Positions 51,145 to 64,000 of a stretch of DNA of 64,000 bases are shown one piece after another. A model generated the notes under the pieces. It searched no databases. It was not told where the DNA came from and saw only the letters and a program-made list of their open reading frames with translations. The DNA comes from Narcine bancroftii. Its lineage: Eukaryota. Each line of letters begins with the position of its first letter. Positions within the stretch are counted from its first letter, which is position 1. The position numbers were made by a program, and so were the translations under genes. The stretch covers positions 170,376,001 through 170,440,000 of the forward strand of contig NC_091473.1 in the NCBI RefSeq assembly GCF_036971445.1, given 5' to 3'.

Positions 51145-53039
51145 GTACAAACTATTAAACTATTGCTTCTATAGCATCTGGCATTGCTACACCTGAGTTC
51201 AAGGCCAGGTTCAGTGTTGAATTTAGAGGATCATGAAATGGAGATGAAGGAAGGAGAGTGGATCAGTTTATGCATGGATGACACAATAATTCTGAACTTT
51301 GAGGTGGCTCCACTAAGAGCCAGCACTCTACCTTGTGACACATTCTTGGGAAACGGCTGTATTTAAGAAACATTGAGTGATGGAAGTGAAACTTCCTTCA
51401 TCCTGTTTTTATAGTTGTACAGGTATATCAAAGATGCATGCTTCTATAAAAGCAGGAAGATTTGGATCCGTTTTGGTCTGAATTTGTGCACAGAACGAAG
51501 GCTGCAATGCTTTATTTGGTGCAAAAAAAAATGTTCAGTCAAGAGGAGCAAGTAAATTTGTGCAACAGTGCTCGAGTGAGCATTCTAGAATATGTCAGAA
51601 ACAAAGCTGAATCTGCTACCAGAGAGTTGGTGTTTTGAGGTGAGGCACAGAATTTGCATATAAGGCTGGAAGCTCAGAGAAAGAATACATGAAAATATTG
51701 GATCAGAGAATGAAAACAGAATATTAGTCAATTCTTTTGCCAGTTCTCGAGCTCCATCTGTTTTGCTAAAAGTCCAGTTTGAAAATATTCCAACCTCTGA
51801 CCATATGTAATTGAAGAACTAATCTGAACTGATTGCCTCGGGCAATGAAATGGAGAAATTAGATGAAGGCAAAAACAATATTTAAATTTTTTATTGATTG
51901 CCAGCAAAGGCTTCAAGGCCAAATGAATGTCACTTTGTTTTCTGATCTTAGTCAGAAAACCAGTCTGCAACTATATTTTCCAGATAGGCTTGGTGGTTAA
52001 CTAGAAATATATACCTGGTGATTGCTGTCAATACGCTGATTTTGGTCTTGTAACATTTAATGTAAATGCAGAACAGTTTTGATCATGTGCTGTTACCATT
52101 GACTTTGGTTCGATGGACTGCAAAATAATATGTATTTGCTTAGTGGAAGAATTTGGTGCGAAGAGGGAGAGGTGCAGTTTTTGTTTATATATGAGAGCAG
52201 GAGGCAACAGGGATAAAGGTCTGGTTTAAAATAAAAATGAAACGTTGAGATTCATTAAAGGAAGTGCAATATCACAGGAAGGCAAAGTGATCTTTTGATT
52301 GGAAACGCCTTTTATTTCTGTTAAATGAGTTTACCGTGGAGAATCAATTGCATGGATATACACATGGAAATAGCAGATGCCACAGACGTAGGATATTAGG
52401 ATCTGGTGGAGCTCCAACTCTTGAGTTTTGGAAATGGAGCAGTAGTTATTCTCACCATAGCCCATTCTTAAGGCTCTGTCTTGTGAGTGAGCTCAGGAAG
52501 ATGGTCATCCTGTATCTTGACTGACAGAGAGATTTTGTGACTGTATGATAAAGAGAAAACAGGGAGGAAGTTTGGAAGGTCTTTGAAGGCTTGAATGGAG
52601 CTGAGGAGACGGTACCCAAGCAGAACAGGAAAGAAGGAAAAATAAGAATGTCAGTGGGAAAATCTGTCGTTAGGGGAACAGAAAGGCAAATGTGATGGGA
52701 GATTGAATTTCAGGATATAGTATGTTGTCTTCCTTGAACAGAACCGTTGATGTCATTGTGTGTTTGCAGAATGTTCTGGAGGGGCTAGTTGAACAGCCAG
52801 TTCAATGTCAGTACCACTGTCATGCTTAGAAAAGGGGTGAACTCCTCCAGTCAGATTTGAAGGAGTTGAAGAATTGAACAGCAGGACCAAAAAGGTGGTA
52901 ATGTTTGAGTTGCACCTGGTACTATGTACCAGAGTGTATTAAAATTGGACAAGGTGGTTAAATGTGCAGCTGGAGAGATAGAATACAAGAAAGTTTAAAT
53001 TAATTGGAGCATTGTAATTGGTTTTGGAGAAAATGGGAG

Positions 53040-53515
53040 TTACCCAGATTTAAATTCTCCACCCCAATCCCATGCTGACATGTCTGTCTGTGGCCTTGTA
53101 CTGTCAAACCAAGACCACCCATAAATTGGAGGACCAACACATTTTGGGCACTCTCCAACTGAATGGCATTAATATTTGACTTCTCCAGTTTCTGCTCACC
53201 TTCTCCCCATTCTTCCTCTTTTCCCCATCTCTCCCTTCTTAAATGCCACACCCCCTTCCCTCTCTAATCACAGAGCCATCCTCCTCCCCTTGTTTTCTGG
53301 TGTCTGGGGTGCCCCCTCTCCTCTATTATCTCCTGCCTGTGGGACTGTGCTCCTCCCCTGTTTCCTCACCACCCACCCCCTTCAGCATTTTGTTTGGGCA
53401 CCTGCCTACATTTTGTCCATACCTTGATGAAGGAATCTACCCCAAAACATTAGTTATGTATCTTTGCTATATCAAGTACACTGCTTGACCTGCTGAGTTT
53501 CTCCAGTATGGTTTT
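53040..53515 (+). mobile_element. Penelope-like 3' fragment (within old CR1 debris at 52560-54750)
   Basis: KLEDQH..GTLQ..GINI.F motif, pyrimidine tract and tgacctgctgagtttctccag tail. Confidence 0.65.
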
Positions 53516-54926
53516 ATACTTTTTAATCTCAATGAGCATCAGTGAGCAGGTTGTGAGAGTGCAGGTGCAGTATTAAAAAATATTGACAACACCCTTCTAT
53601 TTATTTAACTAAGAAATGATTATGCTGTTATTAACTGGATTGGATTTGGCCTACTTTTAATGAAAAGGATGTGCCTTGGCAATTTTCCACAATATGGGAA
53701 GATCGTAACTGTACTGGAGTAACTTAGGTTAAAATTGGAACTATTTCTAGAGTGAATATCATTTGTACCAAATTTTGATGTCACTTGGTCCCAAGACTTT
53801 GCAGTATTGAAGGCTCGCAGCCATTTCTTGATATTACAAGGAACATGGAGTGATTTAAAGGTTCAAGTTCCCTTCAAAAATGCATGTTGTTGGCTATAAG
53901 GCAAACAAAGAGTTGTCATGAGAATTGCCTGGTGCCCCTAACAGTAGGAGGAAAAGAAACAAGAGAGTCCCTTTGGAGTTGCTGAGTGACCGTGGATTTG
54001 CCTCCAGAGCTCCCAAAACCGTTGAGCTAGCTGAAGCCTGGTTTTTGTGGACGTCTCAAGAAGGAAGCTTGGATATTGAAAGTTGTATTCTTTCAAAGAT
54101 TCCCATTAGTCTTGCACAAATTGAAGGGGTCCAGAGTAAATGTGCTCCCCACAAATAAAGATAGGACTGCAAAATCTGGAGGCCTTTAAGGAGATACAAA
54201 GAATGCAACTACAGGTGAAGTTTGTCAGATACCAAGAGGTTTATCAGACAAAAATCCTCAGCATAGGAGTGAAATTAAAAGGGAAGTGAACAAATGACAT
54301 GGAAAAGAAAATGCAAGAGGGATCTGAGGTTGTTCTGCTAATTATATATTAGGCAGCTAAAGGACCGGAGCAGTAACATATGTATGCAACAAATGTATGT
54401 TAATTTTTTTACTGCAGCCTTCGGAAAAGAGAAGATATTGAATGGAATTTTCATAGAAAAACAAGAATTATCAGAGTTTTGGTCCTTTGGAAAAAGAAGC
54501 AAGGGGTAGACGTTAAGAGGCCCTGATCAAGCATTTTTCAGTCTTCCCATTGAACGAGTTCTGATAGTTGGAGGGCTGTCAATGTGCACTGTTGATTTAA
54601 AAGGCAGGAAGGTAAATAACTGAATACTGATAAGCCAGTTAATTTAATGACTGGGTTGGATAAATTATTGGAATCCATTCAGAGGCACTAGTTAATCAAG
54701 ACTAGTCAGTGTGGATTTGTTGTAAGAAGATTGACTTGAATATTTTGAGGACTTTGTACATTTCAATAATTAATAGATTATTAACTAGTGGATTGACATT
54801 CAAGTTGTGCTTGGTTCCAAGCAAGTTGCAATACATATTAATGTTTTCAACCTTAATGTCAAGTCTTGATGAAATAGATTACAGATGAGGGAAAATCCCC
54901 TTTACATGTTTTGAATCTTGAATGTG

Positions 54927-55351
54927 CAGAACAATTCCAATTATCCAAAATAGTCAGGACCAAGCCTGTGTCAGATAAACGTTTTTTTGGAGAACTGGTC
55001 ATTTTTTTTAAAAAAACAGCCCAGTGGCAACAGAAAATCATTTGTACCAGTGTTTAAACAGCAACAAATAATAAGGGAAGGCTTTTCAAGCATTAAAATA
55101 ATGTTTCATTCTCACCAAAAAAAAGTACTGGCTACCGCTGATCACCACCACCTCCCCACCAAGGCCTCATGAGCCTGAGGTCTGTGCTGCCGCTAGCAGC
55201 CCGAGGTCCCCAGTTAGTTTGGCTGTGAAAAATTTTTGGATAAATGATTTCTGATTTGTTTCAGATATCCTAATTTATCTTAAATTTTTAAAAGATTTCA
55301 GATGAATTAGGATTTTGGTGAATCTGATTTTGGATAATAAGAATTGTCCTG
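54927..55351. mobile_element. Tigger-like MITE
   Basis: TIRs cagaacaattccaattatccaaaa / ttttggataataagaattgtcctg; TA on the right, TG on the left. Confidence 0.8.
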
Positions 55352-56191
55352 TATTCTTGAAGAGCCACAAACTATTGGGCAACAGACCAAATGCTCAAAG
55401 ATGGGATTAAAACTTTATGACAATTTTTTTTAAACAAAGAAAATATGGAAAACCGGACTCCCTTAATGGTGTTTAGTGCAGTGGGTTTCTCTCATTTGTG
55501 AAAGCAATTGTTATCCAAAACTGCAACTTTCATTTTGTGCATTTAAAATATGTAAATTACAGAAATTTTAGTTTAATTTAATGTACTCAAAACAATTTTC
55601 TTTGAGCTTTGATTTCAATAACATGAAATCATTTAAATTTAAATTTTCCACACTAAATACATTGAGTTTAAGAATATTCTAATAATGACTTGCATATTCT
55701 TCAGCAACAAAATATTTACCATTCATTGTGCAATTTGATCAGCATATCAGTGTACATATTTCAATTTGGAATCTTGGTGAAAAACCAAAAACTTGTGAAT
55801 TATCCGGGGGAAAAAAATCAGCAGACTTAACTCCAGGTGTCCCGATGTGGTTGTTTACACAAGAAGCATTTTTACACAGCCTTCCTGTGTTGCAGAGTTG
55901 GTTGGAGGGGGAACATCATATTCATTTGGCCAGTTTCTTTCGGAGTGGCTGTGGTCAATTTGTACTGCAGTCGCTCCGTAAAAATGTGTAGGGTACAAGT
56001 GGAAAAATTACGAGATGGAATAAAATCCGTCCTGACATTTTCATACTGCCACTGGAGCAGAAATTTTCTGATGTTCAGAGCCTCATGATTAATTTTTAAG
56101 ATAAGATTCCAGCAGATTATGATATACATTACAGACTAAGTTTGCTTTTCCAACTTTATCTGGCTGCCAGCTCCAGTGTGTTCTTTTGCAG

Positions 56192-56398
56192 GTTCTAACA
56201 CCAACCACCTCTTCAGTTGGCCCATCCATGCTTTTGTCTCCCAGTATGTTCAAACAGTCAACAGGAATGATTTCAGAACCTGAAAGCAAGTATGCCACTG
56301 CATCTCCTTTGACATTACCTTCAGAGGCCCGATTGTCACCATTGCCGACTGTTCTCAGTAAGACGCAGCTTCAGGAAACGTTAACTCATTTATTGAAG
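56192..56398 (+). CDS. DCP1A: DCP1A penultimate coding exon (start of trimerisation domain)
   Basis: ttcttttgcag|...AAG|gtaatt, 207 nt. MLLSPSMFKQ...ASPLTL...LSKTQLQETLTHLLK. Confidence 0.9.
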
Positions 56399-58516
56399 GT
56401 AATTGCATTTATAGTTTTATCTTGATCATAATTGTTCTCTGCTTCACTTGTTTGGATAAATCTCAGTAGAAAGTGATGTTCCCTTTGGATCCTCAAAAGG
56501 TAACTGATATGATCTTTGTCCTTTTCAGCTCCTCCCACTTGGTCTGTTAACATTATCTGTTGTTTCTTCACAAAAATTGTGTAAATTCCATAATGCTTAT
56601 CTCATTTTATTCTCCTGGAATTTATGTATTTTGAGCACTTTTGTTTCTCTTGAATCTATTTTGATTGTGTCACTTCTCAGATAACTTTTGTACAATTTTT
56701 CTCTACCCTTCAGATACAGCTTTTCCATATGTAGGTTGTACAGTGATTAGAGAAATAGCCTAAATAAGCCTTTCCATGGAGAAAGTGAACACAAAGTCAT
56801 TAAAAGCGAGAAGATCTGACTTCTGACATGACACAAGTACCACACTTCATAAATTGCTAGATAGATCTGTCCCTTGAAAGTTTTCCTACTTTTTGCATGG
56901 GCTTGCTCTGATCTTGATTATCAAAACAAATAACTTTACAATATTGTGGTGTGTGTTAACTCAAAGACGGGCTTAAAATATCTGTTTTGTGAAATTGGAG
57001 TGATTAGTGGTTTAATTTATTTCCGTAGGGCTGAGGCATTACACATTTTGGTTTAAAAATATGTTGTTAAGGGTAGTCGAGAGTAAGTCAAAAAGCAGGG
57101 TTGGAATTGTGTCCGCCAGCAAAGTAAGTGTTTATTTGATAATGGTTTCTTCAACCAGGTGCAGGGAACTGGGGGCAATCATGCAAGTCAGACTGTCGAA
57201 AATGCAAGTCATTCAAGGTATTGAGATGGGAGGAATAAAACTTCAGTTGGTGAGGGGATGCTCCAAGGATCAGACAAAGAATGAAACTGAAATATTCTAA
57301 TTTAGTCTTTTCAAAACAATTGCACCAGGAATCCTTTCCATCTTAATGTGCTCTAACTTCCTTCCAGGGTGTATCAAAAAGATCCATTGTTCAAGGATTT
57401 TTTTTGTAGACTCTCCCTGCTTGCAAAACCACATGACACTCTTAGAACAGCAAGTTCCACTGCAGACAGCCTGTGGCTCCGACAAGTTCTTTCATCTGTC
57501 GCCTTTTTGTAAACAACTATCCATTAGCGAAGACTCTTGGGCACTCTCCAAAGCTTTTGCAAAGGCTCTGGGCTGACATGTCCAGTATTAGCAGAGTTCC
57601 AATATTTTAAATAAGATCTGTTTTAAAGTGTTTGTATGTGACCTAGACTAAAAATCCTGCCCCAATTTATCTCCCAAAAACATCTAAATACTGTCACAAT
57701 AATAAATAGAACAAAAGGCTGTGAGAGAAAAATAAATTGCGTGATCCTCGTGGACTAGTTGTCAGAATTGATATTTGATCAAATCAGTCACCAAATAAAG
57801 TTCCAAGAATTGCTAACGGGGTTGATAAAGCTGTAAGAATATTCAGTTCAATTTGAGATGCACTGCAGTGTTGGTCATGTAAAGTTGCTGGAATGGTGTT
57901 GATGCACCTCTGCTTGCTAACGTCAAAGTTTTTACTCTGGGCATAGTCCACACAGTCACAATATGTTTACATTCCTAACAAAGGTTAAATTTTCAATGTT
58001 GTGGATGCCTTTCCCCTCCTAAGTCCAAACATTTTGAACACTTTCTAGATTGGATGCTTTATCTTTTGAGCCCAGTATATACTCGGAGGTCCATTATAAA
58101 TTAACAACTTCATCTTAAGATCCAGGGAAAACGATGTAAGATTCCTCCCTCTGTTTTATATTTGCCCCATAAATATTTCAGATTTTTGTTAAAATTACAG
58201 GAACAAGAACTGGGTAATACCATTAAGGTTTTGGTTAATGGCAAAATGGTTAATTCCACTTGTTCCTCCAAAAATCACAGTGAGATGTCCACATAAGATC
58301 AAAATTGCTTGGTTTGGAAAAGCACAATGAAAGTGAAAGATTGACTTATTGGTTTATTCTGGGTGGATGATGGACTAATCTTTGGAGTTAAAGTGAAACG
58401 ATACAAATGAAATTAGGGGACCAATACACTTAATCTTAATTATGCAGTTTAATAAAGTAGTGGTGCTTAATTTTGTTAAATCTATGGGCTTTGAACATTT
58501 TTTTTATCTCCTGTAG

Positions 58517-58594
58517 AATGACCCTGATTTCCTGAACACAATCCACGAAGCCTATCTACAGATTCTGCTCAAGAACGTAGTGAACATAAAGTAA
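58517..58594 (+). CDS. DCP1A: DCP1A last coding exon (trimerisation domain C-terminus)
   Basis: tctcctgtag|NDPDFLNTIHEAYLQILLKNVVNIK*, with tandem TAA TGA. Confidence 0.94.
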   Translation, partial: NDPDFLNTIHEAYLQILLKNVVNIK

Positions 58595-59020
58595 TGAAGA
58601 GTCATACGGAAGTGAACTTCTCCATATACAAATGAAGGATTGCTGCAGTGAGCAACATTATGCTGTGAGAATTCAACATTCACAATATTGTTCAGCTCGA
58701 TATTTGTATATTGTGAGTTACAAAAATTGCTGTTTCTTAGTTTAAATATTGTGAGCACTTCTGTGAAAGAATTTGCCAAAACACGAGTGTGTGGACATAT
58801 AAAGATGATAACATCTTAATTTTTAAATGCCTTAAGATACAGTGCAGCTCGATAGATGTTTCACTTGTTTTTAGGGGTTTTTTTGTTTCTTTAAGAAACA
58901 TTTCTAAAATTACTTGATTTTACACAATGTTCCCATTTGAAAGTGTGTCAATGGCTTTGTCACCTTTTAATGCATAAAATAAGCATTTGATTTCATTTTT
59001 GTTTTAAATGTGCAACAATG

Positions 59021-59036
59021 ATTAAAGAACAATAAA
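59021..59036 (+). promoter_or_regulatory. Probable DCP1A polyadenylation signals (ATTAAA 59021, AATAAA 59031)
   Basis: About 430 nt after the stop codon, at the end of an AU-rich 3'UTR-like stretch. Confidence 0.6.
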
Positions 59037-59183
59037 ATGTAGTACAATAATATGCTGAAGAAGGCATCAAAACCATTTGTTTAAATACTATAGAACATTG
59101 TATACAAGTGACTGACGTTGTCATAAAGGTAAATAATAAACTAGATACTAGAACTCAAATCAATAGATATCTACAAAAATTAT

Positions 59184-62100
59184 CGTTACTTACACAACAG
59201 CAGTTGTTAAAAATTAGCCCAGACGGTGTTATATTTAAAATAATATTTTTACTATTAATCAACAATATAACACCTACTCTAACTTATCTAAACTTCACAA
59301 AATTTATGTGCACATCTAACTTAAACTAACTATGCGTGAAGATATTGGTGTGTGTGTGGAATACCCCAAACCACTATGGCTAAAGGCTCAATTCTTGAAA
59401 GGCAGTTCAAGGTTTAGAAATTCGGTGATGACACATGGGCTTGAGATTGATGTGACATGCAGGTTTTAGCTGGTTGAGGCATGCAAGCTTTAAATGGTTG
59501 AGACACACACTTAGATGAAAGGAACAGTTCATGAAGTGGGTGACAGAAAGTTGATTAACTCACGAAAACCCTTGTTCCAGGTACTTCAGAGAAATATCCA
59601 TTTTAGATGAGTGCCTTCTTCTCCAGTTAGAACCGTTTTTATGGGTCAGTCAAAGTGGAGTGCAGTATTTCTTCAGCAAATAGAGAACCCTATTCGCAGG
59701 TCAATAGAGTGAAGTATTTCTTCTGCAACTTTAAAACCATTTTCGTGGGTCAGTAGAAGTGGTCTCATTCTTCTGTAAGCATAAGCAGGAAATCTGACAA
59801 TTCTGTCTATGACCACTCAATGAGGCCAAATGGGTGTCTCAATCCCACAAAGGAGGTCAAAAAGATATTTCCCTTGTTCTGCCTTCTTAAAATGGCCCCC
59901 GAGCAAAACTCTGTATTCAATCTTAATCAATTGGTCACATGGTCTCTGCATCTGGGCTTTGGAGACACTGCCTTACTTCCCTTCAAAAGTATCCATTTAG
60001 GATTGTGATGTCTTCAAAACCTGCTGCCCGTTTTACAGTCACTTCAAATCCTGCAGACAGATTGTTAAATCTGTTCTCTAAAGGAACAGTCCTACACAAA
60101 TAAAATGAACTGAAAAGAAATGGGGCGGGACATCACATCTTCCACCGTCAAATAATATTTTGAGCTGTAAGAGCAAAATTTTAACTGCAAACCACTATGT
60201 TTGAAATAATACATTACATGACATAATACATGTAAATATACATTTTTCACTAACATTGCAAACATAACCTCTTGAAAGGCAAACAACAAAAATTTTTACA
60301 GAACACTCTGAATTACTCAACCATTCCCAAAAATCTCCCAATGGTTTCCTTACCCATGGGAATGGGTAATTTGGAAACCATCTGAACTTGACAGGGGCCA
60401 AATTGCCTTGACCAATGACATAACCAAAGTAAGTTACAGTAGCAAGTTCACTCTTGGCCAAATTAACAGTAAGATTGGCCTTTGATAGGTTATCATATAG
60501 TTTCACTTGGTTTCACTTAGTTTCACTTCCTACAAATGATTTTTCAATTTTGAGATATAATCTAGCAATTTCAACTGAACATCCTCATTAATCCATTGTT
60601 CCTTCAACAACCCAAAAGTACTTAACCTTCTGTCCGAACCCCAACTCAAAAATGCTAAAGCCCATTGACTCTTATGAAGACTATCAAACTGCAAACAAAA
60701 ACCCTCATTCCAGTCCTTCACATGCTCAACACTATAAGTCCTCATCCTGAGTTTGAGAGTCAAATGGAACCTCTCCAAGGCCCACTCTACAAGCTAACTA
60801 CTGAAATAATCCTGACATGGAATCGCTCCCTTGATTGGATTAAATCTCCTTAGGCAAAGCACACAAAGTGGATTGCTTTCTGAGAGTTATTGACACAGTC
60901 TTAACTTTAATATCTCCAAGTGTCACTTCCTTAATTTCCTCCTCAGAGAGACACTCCTCTCTCACCTCATCACAATCAGGATCTCTGTTTTGCCCCACCA
61001 CAAACTCTTTCCAGGACAATGACGAGTCCCCACTCTTGGGTTTACCACCGGTACTCTGGTCCAAACCATCTATACAGGCCGAATACATATCCAAATATGT
61101 CTTGGTTTCCTCAATGACTGGCTTGGCAGTCATATCCATTGCAAGATCATTCTCTAGAAATAATGAGACCACATCACCTTTATTCCCACCCCCCCCCCCC
61201 CCCACCACAGGTAAACTTGATCAGACCCCTATCGCAACCAATTCAGATTTCAACTTTATCTTGTTCAGAGGTATCGATTCTGAATTAACCCCCAAACCAA
61301 ATTAATGTCACCCTTGGCAGTCTCATCGCTGAACTTCAAAACACTATCCAACTTGAGTGATTGGGCGGCCCCAGTATTTTGAAGGATTTTCACGGTCACT
61401 TGTGGTGACCCTCCAATGAAACCAAACCATCTGACACAAAATAATGAACTCTTTCCTCATGTTACCAGTAGATCTGGAACTTTCTTGGTTTACAGGTTTT
61501 TCGACTTTTTGAATACAGGCAACTGGCGCTGTCTCTTTTTTCTCTTTTTCCTCAATATGGGACAATTTGCTATCACATACTAGGCTTCCCACAATAGTAG
61601 TACGGGGAACCCAAAGATTTTTCCTTTTCTTGCTTTCCTCCTCCTTTATCCCTAGCACGACATCCTGATATGTTTTCTAACTTGTGTGGACATTCCACAT
61701 TATCTCTCTACAAAGTTTACACTCTGGAAGGCTACACTTTGCACGAGCTTAACCCTGTGGGTTACAACATGCTCATCTGTTACTTCAGCAGATTCCTGCT
61801 AAGGTTCCAATCCTTCCTCAAATCTCCTTTGCCTCACTGCTGCTATAAAGTGCTCTTATCGAAGTTTTTCTAACTTGCACTGCCTTTGTCTCTCTGCGTC
61901 CTCCACCACAAATTTCCTTTGCTTTTTGGCTTCCTCCCCTGCAAACCTAAGTTTTTCTAATTCCAGCTCAACCTGCTTTTTGATTCTCTGCAAACAATCA
62001 TCTTAGTTTTACTCATTCTAGCTGCCTTTGTAATCAATATTTTTCAAATTCATTTTGTTCTCTCTGCCTCCACTTAAGTTTTTTTCAATTCTAACTTCCA

Positions 62101-63305
62101 TCTAAGTTTTTCTAATTCAATTTGTTCTCTGGTGATCACTACTCACAGGATTTACTGTGGAGAAATTGTTTTACCTTCTCCCTAAACCCTTCTCTTACAT
62201 AATTGTGTCCTATAATTAACTGAATCACTGGCTTTTTCATCACTGGTTTTACCACTGCAAGTTCCAAATTTTGTGTGATAGTCAACAACTCATTCTTTCT
62301 TGCCTCCCCGCAATCTGGGAAGGTGGGCAATCCCAAAAACGTATCGATGTCCGTGATTGCTATTATTCCACACACGCACACCTTTAATTTGGCTTAAAAA
62401 ATAAATTCTAATCAATCAAATTGCCAATTAATCAATCACTTGGCTCCCAATTTGGTGTGATCCCAGATGAGCCCCCATTTTTGTTATATACACAACAGCA
62501 GTGATAAAGATTAGCCATGATGGTGTTATATTTAAAATAATATTTTAAATTATTAATTAACAATTATATAACACCTATTCAACTAACTTGTCTAAACTTA
62601 ACTAAATTTATATATAATCATCTTACTTAAACTCTAACTATGCGCAAATATATTGGTGAGTGTGGAATAGCCCAAGCCACTACAGCTCAAGGCTCAATTC
62701 TTGAAAGGCAGTTCAAATTTCAGAAATTCGGTGATGACACGTAGGGTTTAAATGGTTGAGACACGCACTTAGGTGAAAGGAGCAGTTCATGAAGTGGGTG
62801 AAAGAGACCAGGGTGATATAAGGTTCATTAACTCATGAAAAACCTTGTTCCAGGTGTTTCAGAGAAATATCCTTTTTAGATGAGTGCCTTCTTCTCCAGT
62901 TAGAACCCTTTTTATGGGTCAGTCAAAGTGGAGTGCAGTATTTCTTCTGCAACTTTAAAACCCTTTTCTTGGGTCAGTAGAAGTGGTCTCTCATTCCTCT
63001 GTAAGCATAAGCAGGAAATCTGACAATTCTGTCTATGACACTGAGGCCAAGTGGATGTCTCAACCCCACAAAGGAGGTTAAAGAGATATTTTCCTTGTTC
63101 TGCCTTCTTAAAATGGCCCCCGAGCAAAATTCAATCTTAAACATGGTCTCTGCCTCTGGGTTTTGGAGACACTGCCTTCTCATCAAATGAATCCATTTCG
63201 GAACGTTCTGTCTTCAATGCTTGCTGTTAAATCTGTTCTCTTAAAGGGACAATCCCACACAACAAAATGAATTGAAAAAATGTGGGGGGGGGCAGGAACG
63301 TCTCA
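59184..63305 (-). mobile_element. Deleted Gmr1-like Ty3/Gypsy element with two LTRs (62482-63305, ~59184-60137)
   Basis: Diverged direct repeats; PBS TGGGGGCTCATCTGGGAT (62460-62477, tRNA-Pro type); gag/PR, INT (ERFH.TLK) and RT (LTVNLAKSE) remnants. The left LTR boundary is uncertain. Confidence 0.85.
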
Positions 63306-64000
63306 CTCTCTAAACACTTGTCATCTGTTCAACACTGTAACCAATTGCTTATTTTGCATTGTAAATCCAATTTGAGGTTAAACAACAGCAACTGTTCAAG
63401 TTTACTTTGTTCTCTAAAAGAAATAATACTCATCTGTTTTTAAACTTGAATATCAGTTTCACTTTTTTTAAATTAAAAATATTGTTTCTGTTTAAACAAA
63501 CGTACCCAAATTTTAACATTACCTCCTGACTTTGTGGATAATCTGGCTGTTTCACTTGTGTTTTGGAAAATAAAAATCAACAATACATTTCCAGAGCTAC
63601 TGTGATAAATATATAAAATTGCATGATTTGTAATTGCCAAATTGATTCCTAATTTTTTAGTATTTGGTCATTTGTCATCATTAATTTTGAAAACGATTAA
63701 TTGGTATTCTATGTTTAATCAGATCAAAGTATGTGCAGAAGAGATTTCAATGTGAAAGAAGTGCTGTGAACTCATTTCTTTTGTAATAGAATAATTAATG
63801 AATGACTGTCTATTCGTGGTCTTCCATAAAGACAGTAAATTACTGTCATTTTCAATTGATAAAATAAAACAAAGACTCATGTCTAGCTGCATGTATGTCA
63901 ATTGTTCAATAAAGGTGAAACTTTTTTTATTATTTGATGCCCATTTTCTTTAAGTAAAATCCAGAGATGGCATTTTTTTTTAGGCTTATAATCTTTAGTA

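Noticed and set aside
55705-55776. 72-nt phase-0 candidate for the missing small DCP1A exon (QQNIYHSL...)
   Set aside because: Weak donor (gtgaaa) and only a 3-residue resemblance.

Overview
Eukaryotic, AT-rich, transposon-dense vertebrate DNA. A cartilaginous fish is inferred from the CR1/Rex-Babar/Penelope/RTE-BovB/Gypsy repeat mix. The + strand carries most of DCP1A (mRNA-decapping cofactor 1A): seven spliced coding exons from 15736 to the stop at 58594, with a poly(A) signal at 59031. The first two coding exons were not found and probably lie upstream of the window. The introns hold nested TEs: young and old CR1, L1/Tx1, Rex-Babar, Penelope, RTE-BovB, hAT and TcMar MITEs, solo LTRs with 4-bp TSDs, a Gypsy 3' end and a 25-bp minisatellite. 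A Gmr1-type (integrase-before-RT) LTR element sits just downstream of the gene. The most interesting observation is inferential: non-repeat intronic DNA from about 9.2 to 33 kb has minus-strand, splice-site-bounded, stop-riddled segments resembling SEA, Ca-binding EGF and Ser/Thr-rich mucin exons. These look like a decayed antisense gene interleaved with DCP1A. No prokaryotic-type system (CRISPR etc.) is present.
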